From: Mobula hypostoma
Taxonomy: Eukaryota
Assembly: GCF_963921235.1 (NCBI RefSeq)
Contig: NC_086109.1
Span: forward strand, 29,886,001-29,950,000
Length of the DNA stretch: 64,000 nt
Direction of reading: 5' to 3'
Below the pieces are notes generated by a model that did no database searches, was not told where the DNA came from, and was given only the letters and a program-made list of their open reading frames with translations. A program made the position numbers and the translations under genes. Shown here in pieces: positions 13,713-26,380 of this stretch (positions within the stretch are counted from its first letter, which is position 1; each line of letters starts with the position of its first letter).

Positions 13713-14325
13713 TACCATGTTGGTTCAGCGTAAACTGAATAAATATTAAATCAACTCAGTGGCCACCACTCGATCCAATTTAACTCTTCTAAGTTTCTTC
13801 AGTATTTTGTGTGCTGTTCCAGATTCCAGCATCTATAGTCTCTTGTGATGAAATTTTGGATCATTTGAGGCATTCTTCTGAAACAAAAGAGTTAACGAAT
13901 CTTGTCGCTAAATGTCTGACACAACACATTATCCAAGATCAATAAAATGATAATATTCAAAAGGAGGCTAACTGTTCATTTGCAGCTGTGCAAAATGTAT
14001 TTTATTTTCTGAGTAAGAAGTATACGGTTCATGGAACACTAATAAATAAAGTAAGTTTAGCAGAGGCAATTTCACATGAAAAAATTGGCCTTAGAGACCA
14101 AGCTGATTTCCACCGGGGTTGAAAAATTGTTTCATCCAAAGTATAAGATATTTCATTGTACTCATCTGGTAGCACTCGTGCCACAGACACAAAGCTTGTG
14201 CGTTCAAATCACACTTCAAAGACAGGCAAACATGGATTTGTAAAGAAATACTACGTTGTTCAGGATGCTGTCTATTGGATATCACAATTAATCAAGATTG
14301 CATGCTCTCTTCAGGAGAATATAAA

Positions 14326-16090
14326 TAATCAGAATCAGAATCAGGTTTATTATCACGAGCATGTGACGTGGAATTTGTTAACTTAGCAACAGCAGTTCAA
14401 TGCAATACATAATCTAGCAGAGAAAAAAACAATAAAAAATAAAATAAAATAAATAATAATAATAAATAAACAAGTAAATCAATTACAGCATACATATATT
14501 GAATGGATTAAAAAAGTCAAAAACAAAAATACTGTATATTAAAAGAAAGAGAGGTAGTGTCCAAAGATTCAACATCCATTTAGGAATCTGATAGCAGAGG
14601 GGAAGAAGCTGTTCCTGAGTCGCTGAGTGTGTGCCTTCAGGCTTCTGTACCTCCTACCTGATGGTAACAGTGAGAAAAGGGCATGTCTTGGGTGCTAGAG
14701 GTCCTTAATAATGGATGCTGCCTTTCTGAGACACCGCTCCCTGAAGATGTCCTGAGTACTTTGTAGACTCATACCCAAAATGGAGCTGACTAGATTTACA
14801 ATCTCCTGCAGCTTACTTCTGTCCGGTGCAGTAGCCCACCCCATACCAGGCAGTGATTCATCCTATCAGAATGGTCTCCACAGTACAACTATAGAAGTTT
14901 TTGAGTGTATTTGTTGACATGCCAAATCTCTTCAAACTCCTTATAAAGTATAGATGCTACCTTGCCTTCTTTATAACTACATCGATATGTTGGGACCAGG
15001 TTAGATTCTCAGAGATCTTGACACCCAGGAACTTGAAGCTGCTCACTCTCTTCACTTCTGATCCCTCTATGAGGATTGGTATGTTTTCCTTCATCTTACC
15101 CTTCCTGACTTCCACAATCAGCTCTTTCGTCTTACTGACGTTGAGTGCCAGGTTGTTGCTGCGGCACCACTCCATTAGTTGGCATATCTCACTCCTGTAC
15201 GCCCTCTCGTCATCACCTGAGATTCTACCAGCAATGGTTGTATCGTCACCAAATTTATAGATGGTATTTGAGCTATGCCTAGCCACACAGTCATGGGTAT
15301 AGAAGGAGAAGAGCAGTGGGCTAAGTACACACCCCTGAGGTGCACCAGTGTTGATTGTCAGCGAGGAAGATATGTTATCACCAATCTGCACAGATTGTTG
15401 TCTTCCAGTTAGGAAGTCGAGGATCCAACTGCAGAGGGAGGTACAGAGGCCCAGATTCTGAAACTTCTCAATCAGGATTGTGGGAAAGATGATGTTAAAT
15501 TCTGAGCTATAGTCGATGAACAGCATCCTGACGTATGTGTTTGTGTTATCCAGGTGGTCTAAAGCCATGAGGAGAGCCATTGAAATTACATCTGCCATTG
15601 CTCTACTGCGGCGATAGTCAAATTGCAACAAGTCCAGGTCCTTGCTGAGGCAGGAGTTCAGTCTAGTCATGACCAACCTCTCAAAGCATTTCATCACTGT
15701 TGATGTGAGTGCTACCGGGCCATAGTTATTAAGGCAGCCCGCATTATTCTTCTTATGCACTGGTATGATTGTTGCCTTTTTGAAGCAAGTGGGAACTTCT
15801 GCCCATAGCAGTGAGAGGTTCAAAATGTCCTTGAATACTTCCACTAGTTGGTTGGCACAGGTTTTCAGAGCCTTACCTGGTACTTCATTGGAACCTTCCT
15901 CCTTGTGGGGGTTCACTCTCTTTAAAGCCAGCCTAACATTGGCCTCTGAGCAAGATCACAGGGTCATCAGGTGCAGCATGGATCTTCACAACTGTAGTTG
16001 TGTTCTCCCTTTCAAAGCGCACATAGAAGGCATTGAGTTCATCTGGTAGTGAAGCATCGCTGCCATTCATACTATCGGGTTTTGCTTTAG
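14326..16090 (-). mobile_element. Rex1/Babar-clade LINE, 5'-truncated
   Basis: RT frame 14957-15916 (PVALTSTVMKCFERLV, TGAPQGCVLSPLLF, KFGDD, FKFLGV..SENLTW); (CTGATT)n tail at 14326-14345. Confidence 0.93.
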
Positions 16091-17029
16091 TAAATAAGTA
16101 AATAAATCTTTCAATTCTGTTTCAAAGACGAGCCTGACTTAACATTTTCAAAACAGATTATCTTGTCATTATACGATTGTTATTCATAGGACCTTGCTAT
16201 GGTATATTGGTTACTGCATTTTCTACATTATAATAGTGGCTAAAGTGCAATATATTGTCACATCTCTGTTAAATACAACCAAACAGGACTTAAGTAATAC
16301 ACAGTTATGGTTAACAAAAGAGGAGTATCTATTTCTGAAAGTTGAATATTGAAGTACTATAAATAAACCAACTGCAACAAATATATATTATTTTTCATGT
16401 TATTCAGCCATGATATAAATCTTCTAAATTAAACGGTGTAATGGCATTGACAACACAGAATGTGAGAAGATGGTGGAATTTCTGGTTATAAGAGTGACTT
16501 GTAAGATACCTCTATTTATTTCACTAAGGGGCCTGGAGGCTGGTTGGCAGCTTTTGTTACAGGATTACTGTATCTGGAGACCCTTGATAAAAATGTCACT
16601 TGCATCTCTAAAGCAATATTTCTTACATTTATAATACTCTGCTGAGAACCCAAAATATATCAAATAATATTTAACCAGAATATGGTGATTATACCACATA
16701 TTTTGAAATTTCAAATTATTGATAACAAGGAAAAAGAAAATTGATCATGAAACATTATTTGAACCTAGTGTATTCCATTCATTTCGGCTGTGTTGCTAGT
16801 TTATTCTGGGGAAGAACTTTGTGTGCTGTGTGGAGTTTCCTGAAGGAAAGGGATAGAAAAATGGACAAGAAAGTCCATGGACAAGAACACATCTGCAGAC
16901 ACTGGAAATCAAAGCAACACACACAAAATGCTGTAGGAACTCAGCAGTCCAGACAGCACCTAAGGAAAAAAGTACAGTTGACCAAGACCTTTCGGCAGGT
17001 TAATTTTAGGCAATTTCTGTCATGGTAGT

Positions 17030-17275
17030 GTAGCAGTTAGCGCAATGCCATTACAGCTCAGGGCGTCAGTGTTCAGTGTTCAATGCTGAAACCATCTGTA
17101 AGCTATTTGTATGTCCTTTCTGTGCGCACATGGGGTTCCGTGGTACAGGTTAATTGGTCATTGTAAATTGTCCATGATTAGGCTAGGGTTAAATAGTTGG
17201 GTTGCAGGGCAATGCGGCTCATTTGAGCTGGAAGAGACTGTTCCACATGTATCCCTAAATAAAAACATAAAATAA
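17030..17275 (+). mobile_element. tRNA-derived SINE
   Basis: GGTAGTGTAGCAGTTAGCGC head, GTTCAATGC B-box-like site, GGTTAATTGGTCATTGTAAATTG core, A-rich tail. Confidence 0.7.
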
Positions 17276-18144
17276 TGAGAATTTTTTTTTAGCAATAGTC
17301 TTGGAGCAGATTGCCTCCTATTCCAGCTGAGCCTTGTGCTGGAAGATGAAAGGTTCGGTATAAAATATATTTTAAAATTAAATTTTCATTTTGTATGTTT
17401 TTTTTCCAACCATGGTAGTTTATATGCAAGACGTATCTATTTACATAATGGTGAAAGATCTGTAATTCCAATGAATTTTCATTTTTAAAGTTACTGTTTA
17501 TATAACAATATTGTTAAACAGCATAATGCCAGGCCTGCTTGTTCAGTTGCAGTTGATTGGCTGCAGTATGTTGGCTTTGTGGGCACAGTTCATCTTGCAA
17601 ATTTTAACAAGGCCTAAGGGATTTATTTGCAAACACTGTAGTCTGTTTGATATGTGGTGTAAGCTTCAGTGACTCCATCTTAGCAGCTGTTAAATAAAGC
17701 ACAATTAATAAATTCTTCATAAGAATTTATAAGTATGCTATTGAACAATAAAACCAGTAAAATGTTATTTGACAAGAACATTGGATATTTTACGACTGGT
17801 CAAAATTTATGGAGTGACGTACGATAAGTAGGTAGGATTTTACGACGCAAAAATTCACAGGAACATTTCTACAGTTGGAAGATTGCTGGGAAACAGCCTA
17901 ATAATCTAATGAAATGTAAACCTGATGGTAAATTTTGAGAGCTCCTTATTGGTTCAGAACCCTTGCTAGGGTACAAAATCATGTCAAGCCTGCAAGGTTT
18001 TTAAGAGCCAAACATAGGTCATGTGTTACCACAAAGACATTTGAAACTGTAATGCAGACAATATAGTGGACTTATATTAATCTGTTACTGAATTTCAAGG
18101 GATCAAGTGTCCGAAGATTGAGCTTTACAATTGGGTATGAAGTA

Positions 18145-18465
18145 TGGCAGAGTCAAGCAGAGGTTGGCAATACTGCCCACAGCCCCAGAGAGCTGGATTC
18201 AATTCTGACTTCAGCTTGTCTTTATGCACACTTTTGGCATTCTCATTCTGACCATATGGTTTCCTCCTGTTGCTCTGGTTTTGTCCCACATGTCAAAGCT
18301 GTGCTGCTTGGTAAGTTAATTGGAGACTGTAAATGAGGTGGAAGGCCCACAGGAATACAAAGGGGTGGAGATTATGGGAATCTAAGAGGAAAAATGCGAT
18401 AAGTGGAGATGGATGCTTGATAGCCAAAGAGCCCTTTTCTGTGCTGCATGATTCCATCATATGCA
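18145..18465 (+). mobile_element. Degraded SINE of the same class
   Basis: GGATTCAATTCTG B-box-like site, GGTTTCCTCCTGTTGCTCTGGTTT, GTTAATTGG..ACTGTAAAT. Confidence 0.6.
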
Positions 18466-18612
18466 AAACCTATTTGTGCTCATTCTTGAGGTCTCTGATC
18501 TTTAATCTCGGGACATGGTTATGAATATAAATGGTCTCCTGACAATTTTAGAAGGTCTAACAGCCCAAAATGTTTATGTCCCTTTCTCTGGGCATATATG
18601 CACGAGAGCGCA

Positions 18613-18616
<4 letters not shown>

Positions 18617-18676
<60 letters not shown>
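18617..18676. repeat. (CA)30 microsatellite
   Basis: Perfect CA run. Confidence 0.98.
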
Positions 18677-18677
<1 letters not shown>

Positions 18678-19017
18678 TCAGCTCTGCTTGTAGGAGAGGA
18701 GGAACAGCAGCAATTACCTTGGGGGTTTCCCAGTGTTATAAAAATAAATAAGCCATACTCCTTGAAATTTTTTGCTATTTCCCCACAAAAACTTTGGGAA
18801 TTTTTCTAAGACCTCAGTAGAACTCATGCTTCGGCACAGAAAATAGTAAATATCATATTTGCGTTGAAGTCGATTTATTGACAATAACTTACTTTATTCA
18901 AACCTTATGATAAATTGGAAGGAATTTTTTTTTTAAAAACCACTGAATTTTCAACAAATCATTGAATAAAAATCACTTCCTTTTAAATGTTATGAAAATA
19001 TTGCAACCATTAAATTT

Positions 19018-21860
19018 AAAGGCTTTCAACAAGGTGCCACACATGAGGCTGCTTAACAAGGTAAGCGCCCATGGTATTACAGGAAAGATACCGGCATGGA
19101 TAAAGGATCAGCAAGAGGCAAAGCTTGGGAATAAATGGACACTTTTCTGGTTGGCTGCCAGTGACTAGTGTTGCTCCACAGATGTTGGTGTTGGAACTGC
19201 TTCTTTTGAAGCTATATGTCAATGACTTGGAGGACAGAATTGAAGGCTTTGTTGCCAGGTTTGCAGACAATACACAGATAGCATTAATTTCGAGAGGACT
19301 AGAATATAAAAGAAAGGATGTAATGCCAAGGCTTTATAAGACACTGGTGAGGCCTCGCATTGTCATGAAATTTGTTGTGATGCGGTAGAAGTACATTGCA
19401 ATACATAATAATAAAAAATATAATTAAAAGTAGTGCAAGAAGAGAAAAATAAAACAGTGAGCTAGTGTTCACGGGTTCCTTGACCATTCAGAAATCTGAT
19501 GGCAGAGGGGGAGAAGCTATACCTAAATCGTTGAGTGTGTGTCTGTACCTCCTCCCTGAGGGTAGCAATGAGAACGGGGCATGCCCTGGGTGATGGGGGA
19601 ACCTCAACGGATGTGGCTTTTTTGAGGCATCACTCCTTGAAAATGTCCTGGGTACTGGGGATGCTCATGCCCACGATGGAACTGATTGAGCTCACAGGTT
19701 TCTGCAGCTTATTTTACTTCTGTGCCCCCGCCCCCCCCAATACCAGGCAGTGATGCAGCTAGTTAGAATGCTCTCCACAGTACATCTATAGAAATGTGCT
19801 ATTGTCTTTGGTGACATACCAAATCTCCTCACACTCCTAACGAAATATAACTGCTGTCATGCCTTCTTTGTAACTGCATTGATATGTTGGGCCCAGGATT
19901 GATCCTCAGAGATGTTGACACCCAGGAACTTGAAATTACACAGCCTTGCCACTTCTGATCCTTTGATGAGGTCTGGTGTGTGTTCCTTCGTCCTACCCTT
20001 TCTGAGGTCTACAATCAATCCTTTGGTTTTATTGACATTGAGTGCACGGTTGTTGCAGCAACACCACTCAACCGGCTTGATCTGTCTTGCTCCTGTATGC
20101 CTTCTCATCACCATCTGAAATTCTGCCAACAATAACTGTATTGTCAGCAAATTTATAGATAGTATTTGAGCTGTGCCTAACCACACAGTCATGGGTGCAG
20201 CGAGGATAGAGCAGTAGGCTAAACACACATCCTTCAGGTGGGCCAGTGTTAATTGTCAGCAAGGTGGAGATGCTTTTTCCATCTGCACAGACTGTGGTCT
20301 TCAGGTGAGGAAGTCAAGGATCTAGTTCCAGAGGGAGGTTCAGAGGCCTAGGTTTTTGAGAGCTTTTTAATCAGAACTGTAGGAATGATTGTGTTAAATG
20401 CTGTGCTGTAGTTAGTAAACAGCAGCCTAATGCAAGTATTAGTATTTTCCAGGTGATCTAATTCCATATGAAGAGCCACAGTAGACCTATTGTAGTGATA
20501 TGCAAATTGCAGTGCATCCAGGACCTTGCTTAGGCAGGAATTGATTCTAACCATGACCAATCTCTCAAGGCATTTCATCACCGTGGCTGGACAATAGTTG
20601 TTGAGGCAGCTCACCCTGCTCTTCTTGGGCACTGGTATGACTGTTGCCCTTTGGAAGCAGGTGGGAACTTCCCGACTGTGGCAATGAAAGAGTGAAAATG
20701 TCTATGAACACCCCCACTATTTGGTTGGCACAGATTTTCAAAGTTGTACCATAAACACTATTGAGGTCTGTCACCCTGCAATGCCTCACCCTCTTGAAAA
20801 GATGTTCTGACTTCGGCCTCTAAGACAGAGATCATGGGGCTATTGGATGCTACAGGTGTCCTCGTAGCTGTAGTTTTATTCTCCCTTGCAAAGCTCATCC
20901 GGGAGTGAGGCATCATTGCCATTCATGTCAGGGTTTGCTTTGTAGGAAGTATTTGCCTGCAAACACTGCCAGACTTCACATGCATCCGATTCTTCCTCTA
21001 ACCTCAATTGGAATTGTTCTTTTGCTCTCAAGATAGCCCTCCATAAGTTGCACCTGATCTTCTTGGATCGCCCTGGATCACCACACATGAATGCTGCAGA
21101 TCATCCCTCAGCAGACCACGAATATCTTGGTTCATCTACTGCTTTTGATTTAGATATAGACGACATGTTCTCATAGGCACACCTATTCATTCAGACTTGA
21201 AGACGAACCCTTGAATACTGTCCAGTCCACCAACTCAAAACAGTCCTATAAGTGCTCCTCTGACTTCCTTGTCCATACCTTCTTGGTCCTCTCCACTGAT
21301 GTTGCAGTCTTCAGTCTCTTCCAAAATCTGAGTGTAGAAGTAACTTGGCATATTGTGAGCCGATTTGGGCCCATTATCTAAGAAAGGATATGCTAGCATT
21401 AGAGAGGGTTCAGAGGAGGTTTACTAGATTGATGCTGGAAGGTTATCATATGAGGAGTGTTTGATGGCTCTGGTCCTATACTCGCTGGAATTTAGAAGAA
21501 TTGGGGGGTTCTCATTGAAACCTATCAAATCTTGAAAGGCTTAGATAGAGTGGACATGGAGAGGATTTTTCACAGAGTGGGGAAGTCTAGGACCAGAGGG
21601 CACCAGCTCAGATAGAGGGACGTCCATTTATAACAGAGAGGAGGAAGAATTTTGTTAGCTAAAGGATGATGAATCTGAGGAATTTGTGTATTTAAGGCAG
21701 AGGTTGATAGATTTTGATTAGTCAGGGCATGAAAAGTTATGGGAAGAAGGAAGAAGATGCTGAGAGTGAGAACAGATCGGCCATAATAAAATGGTGAGGA
21801 AGATTCAATGCGCTAAATGGTCTATCTGCTCTTATGCCTTATAGTCTTATGGTCTTATTT
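19018..21860 (+). mobile_element. CR1 fragment split in two (19018-19357 and ~21340-21860)
   Basis: KAFNKVPH...RFADN...LYKTLVRP stops at ~19357 and resumes as L.YCE.FWAHYLRKDMLALERVQRRF at ~21345, ending in a CR1 3' UTR. Confidence 0.82.
19358..21335 (-). mobile_element. Degraded Rex1-like LINE inserted into a CR1
   Basis: Frameshifted RT pieces (MKCLERLV, TGPPEGCVFSLLLY, YKFADN, FKFLGVNISEDQSW). Confidence 0.85.
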
Positions 21861-22636
21861 TAAACATTAAAAAATACAACAGAGTGATAACACCAGCAAA
21901 AGCAGAAGAAAAAGCAAAGCATTACAGCAACTTTATTATCATGGGTGTGTTATTCAGTAGGTCTGTTGCCTTAGTTCGTATTCCAGTTCTGGTGGTTACG
22001 TAAAAGATTCAGACAAAAATTAGTTTTTATTAAATATTTCCTTATTACTATAAGCTCATAAACATGTAATAATAGCAATTAAGTTATTTGTGCAGATGTG
22101 ATCATAAGTGGATGCATTCTTGATGAGCAAAGGTTATCGGAGAGTCAGATAGTCAGGCACTTTTAAAGTCAATTGTAAAGAAGAGTCTCAGCCTGAAACG
22201 TTTTCCACAGATGCTGCCTGATCTGCTAAGTTCCTCCAGCACTCTGTGTGTGTTACTCAGTTATGATTCACATATCCAGCATACATTTTTTCAGCCCTTT
22301 TCTGGTGCCTTTACCACTTTCTTTTACCAGCAATGTCAGATGAATTTCAAACTGAATCATTACTCTGCCACTGTTCCTGCTTCAGGTGCATTCTGATTTG
22401 CTGAGTATTTTCTAAATTTTTAAAAAATTTAATTCAGCAATTCTAAGATGACCCGTTGTATAGTAGTGCCCAAGTTGGAACGAAGTAAGAGAGCTTTTGA
22501 TTTGGTGTAGGTCGGAAAAGATACCGATTATTGGCATAACAAGAATTGGATTATTTCTGTGAGATAAGTTTAACCTTACACAAACACAAAAGAAAGTTAT
22601 TTCCAAAATTGAGATGAATGCAGATATATATTTTCC

Positions 22637-24341
22637 AAGAAACATAGAAACATAGAAACATAGAAAATAGGTGCAAGAGTAGGCCATTCGGCCCATCGAG
22701 CCTGCACCACCATTTATTATGATCATGGCTGATCCTCCAACTCAGAACCCCACCCCAGCCTTCCCTCCATATCCCTGACCCCCGTAGCCACAAGGGCCAT
22801 ATCTAACTCCCTCTTAAATATAGCCAATGAACTGGCCTCAACTGTTTCCTGTGGCAGAGAATTCCACAGATTCACCACTCTCTGTGTGAAGAAGTTTTTC
22901 CTAATCTCGGTCCTAAAAGGCTTCCCCTCTATCCTCAAACTGTGGCCCCTCGTTCTGGACTTCCCCAACATCGGGAACAATCTTCCTGCATCTAGCCTGT
23001 CCAATCCTTTTAGGATTTTATACGTTTCAATCAGATCCCCCCTCAATCTTCTAAATTCCAACGAGTACAAGCCCAGTTCATCCAGTCTTTCTTCATATGA
23101 AAGTCCTGCCATCCCAGGAATCAATCTGGTGAACCTTCTTTGTACTCCCTCTATGGCAAGGATGTCTTTCCTCAGATTAGGGGACCAAAACTGCACACAA
23201 TACTCCAGGTGTGGTCTCACCAAGGCCTTGTAAAACTGCAGTAGTACCTCCCTGCTCCTGTACTCGAATCCTCTCGCTATAAATGCCAGCATACCATTCG
23301 CCTTTTTCACCACCTGCTGTACCTGCATGCCCACTTTCAATGACTGGTGTATAATGACACCCAGGGCTCGTTGCACCTCCCCTTTTCCTAATCGGCCACC
23401 ATTCAGATAATAATCTGTTTTCCTATTTTTGCCACCAAAGTGGATAACTTCACATTTATCCACATTAAATTGCATCTGCCATGAATTTGCCCACTCACCC
23501 AACCTATCCAAGTCACCCTGCATCCTCTTAGCATCCTCCTCACAGCTAACACTGCCACCCAGCTTCGTGTCATCCGCAAACTTGGAGATACTGCATTTAA
23601 TTCCCTCATCCAAGTCATTAATATATATTGTAAACAACTGGGGTCCCAGCACTGAGCCTTGCGATACCCCACTAGTCACCGCCTGCCATTCTGAAAAGGT
23701 CCCGTTTATTCCCACTCTTTGCTTCCTGTCTGCTAACCAATTCTCCACCCACACCAATACCTTACCCCCAATACCGTGTGCTTTAAGTTTGCACACTAAT
23801 CTCCTGTGTGGGACCTTGTCAAAAGCCTTTTGAAAATCCAAATATACCACATCCACTGGTTCTCCCCTATCCACTCTACTAGTTACATCCTCAAAAAATT
23901 CTATGAGATTCGTCAGACATGATTTTCCTTTCACAAATCCATGCTGACTTTGTCCGATCATTTCACCGCTTTCCAAATGTGCTGTTATCACATCCTTGAT
24001 AACTGACTCCAGCAGTTTCCCCACCACCGACATTAGGCTAACCGGTCTATAATTCCCCAGTTTCTCTCTCCCTCCTTTTTTAAAAAGTGGAGTTACATTA
24101 GCCACCCTCCAATCCTCAGAAACTAGTCCAGAATCTAACGAGTTTTGAAAAATTAACACTAACGCATCCACTATTTCTTGGGCTACTTCCTTAAGCACTC
24201 TAGGATGCAGACCATCTGGCCCTGGGGATTTATCTGCCTTCAATCCCTTCAATTTACCTAACACCACTTCCCTACTAACATGTATTTCGCTCAGTTCCTC
24301 CATCTCACTGGATCCTCTGTCCCCTACTATTTCTGGAAGAT
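22637..24341 (-). mobile_element. Young 5'-truncated CR1 LINE
   Basis: Uninterrupted RT frame plus (TTTCTATG)n-type 3' tail seen as AGAAACAT repeats at 22638-22666. Confidence 0.97.
22723..24303 (-). CDS. CR1 ORF2 reverse transcriptase fragment (526 aa open; endonuclease absent, start not authentic)
   Basis: KSPGPDG, NYRPVSL, QHGF..GKSCLTNL, YLDFQKAFDKV, QGSVLGP, KFADD, LVRPHLEYCVQFW, RRLRGDLIE motifs. Confidence 0.93.
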   Translation of the reverse strand: MEELSEIHVSREVVLGKLKGLKADKSPGPDGLHPRVLKEVAQEIVDALVLIFQNSLDSGLVSEDWRVANVTPLFKKGGREKLGNYRPVSLMSVVGKLLESVIKDVITAHLESGEMIGQSQHGFVKGKSCLTNLIEFFEDVTSRVDRGEPVDVVYLDFQKAFDKVPHRRLVCKLKAHGIGGKVLVWVENWLADRKQRVGINGTFSEWQAVTSGVSQGSVLGPQLFTIYINDLDEGIKCSISKFADDTKLGGSVSCEEDAKRMQGDLDRLGEWANSWQMQFNVDKCEVIHFGGKNRKTDYYLNGGRLGKGEVQRALGVIIHQSLKVGMQVQQVVKKANGMLAFIARGFEYRSREVLLQFYKALVRPHLEYCVQFWSPNLRKDILAIEGVQRRFTRLIPGMAGLSYEERLDELGLYSLEFRRLRGDLIETYKILKGLDRLDAGRLFPMLGKSRTRGHSLRIEGKPFRTEIRKNFFTQRVVNLWNSLPQETVEASSLAIFKRELDMALVATGVRDMEGRLGWGSELEDQP

Positions 24342-26064
24342 TAAGCCAAAAGAGGATTTATAAATTATTCAGGTGTGGTTGCTGAAGTATCGTCATCATT
24401 CTTGACAACTGAACGGTGACTTACCTTTGTCAATATCAAACAAGTTCCTCTCCCACCAGCACATACTTGTTTTTCCTGATTGATGGACATTGATGTAATA
24501 GTGTGTCACTGATGAGTCATTTTCAGTATTTTGTTCTCTCTGTCTTGCTCCTCTTTCCCTGGAATTCAAAACATATTGAAGAAAATACTGAAAATTATTT
24601 TACCTGAAAAGACTGAAAAGTTCAGGTGTATGATCTGGTGGAGATCAGGAGATATTGAGCTACACAGGTGATGGTTTTATTTGCTGAAAGAGAATTTGAA
24701 AGGTATGTTTGGATGAGATGTGTGTAACCCTTTCATCATAGGCTCATAATGAGCTGCCTAGCAGCAGCATAACTCTACAATGCATGGGAATAATGATGAG
24801 AAGGCCATCACCAATAAATACACAAAAGCAGAAAAGTTTCGATGTTCCTTTAAGGATAAACGAAGGCAATTACTTGTATGAATACTGACACACTCATGCA
24901 AATTTACTGATTTTCAGGATGCAATAATTTAACTCAAACCAGTATAAACTTACATCAAAATTGTATTGGCAAAATATTTTAAACTATAACAAACACAATA
25001 AAGGGCCCATTACACATATCTTAGCCTAATTATTGGAGCTCATTCTTGCGTAGTCAATCCGGTTTGCTTCACCTCCTATTTACTGATGGTACCGAACAAT
25101 TCTACCTGAAAACACAGTCCAAGTGAAAAATAGATAAATATCCATGCAACGTCCAAGGACAAGGTGTCGAACATTCTCAAAGGCTGTGTGATAAGCTAAT
25201 TAAAAGTTATTTGAACATTCTCCATGAGAGGACTGTGTGCATGAAGATTTTCCCAAAGAAGTATCTGTCCTTCAAAATGGATTCTGTGAGCATTTCACCA
25301 CGTTCTCCTGCTATGTCCATTGTCCGTCATCCATTGTCCAATGTCTATTTCTATTTTACTTCTTTTTCCTTCTTCCTCCGAAACTCCCGCACTCTTTCCT
25401 GAAAATGGCTATCTCTGATCCCCCAAAAATGTTCCAGAGCATCTTATTGGTGAAAATGTTAACAAGACAAATAGTATTGGCTAATACAACCAAGCCTAAC
25501 TTCATCCACTGAATTATTATTTTAAACATAAAAAAACTGAAATACATGATTTTAAAGGAACACATTGCATTTTGAGAAAATCTGCAGAAAATAAAATACT
25601 CAACATTAATAAAATAAAACATGGTCTTAAACCAGGGTATTTCATAGGAATAGATTCCTAATGCATCATGACAAGTTCTGGGTGCCCGATCTGTTCCATT
25701 CTCTGTTTTTGGGATTCAGCTCAAAGAGAGTCCCCAGAATTACACCAGTTATAATCTCTAAACATTAGGAGGTGTAGCACTGGGAGATGGGTTTATACTG
25801 TGTAGTCATAAAACAATTATGCCCCAATCATCATTGAAGTTGGCACTGACTGCACCCAGAGATCATGACTATGCACAAATTGTTCAAAGGTGCCAGTCTG
25901 CTGAAATTAGATTGTATGGGCAAAGGAGAATTACGCTCACCTTATTAGCTCTTTATTATGGATTTTAGGATATCATACAATTAACAATAGCAGGAATAAG
26001 CAAAAGAATGGAGTCAATGTCAACTTTGTCATTTGGTCTGTGTTTGTGTAAAGAAGAACTTAAT

Positions 26065-26380
26065 CTGTCATATGTAGGTCGAAATACCGAAACATACAGT
26101 GAAATACATTGTTTGTGTCAACAATCCAGACGGTCTGAGGATATACTGGGGGCAGACTGTAAGCAGTGCCATGCTTCTGGTGCCAATATAGCAGGCCCAC
26201 AACTTACTACCCCAACGCAGTTGTCTTTGGAATGCGGGAATGAAACTGGAGTACCTAGAGGAAGCCCATGCTGTCATGTGGAGAACGTACAAACTCCTTG
26301 CAGATGGAGGCAGGAATTGAACCTGGATTGCAGGCACCGTGAAGCAATACACGAACTGCTACGCTTCCGTGCTGCCCGCA
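26065..26380 (-). mobile_element. tRNA-derived SINE with V-SINE-like core
   Basis: A-box-like head, B box GGTTCAATTCC (plus-strand 26313-23), core GGAGTTTGTACGTTCTCC...GCATGGGCTTCCTC. Confidence 0.8.
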
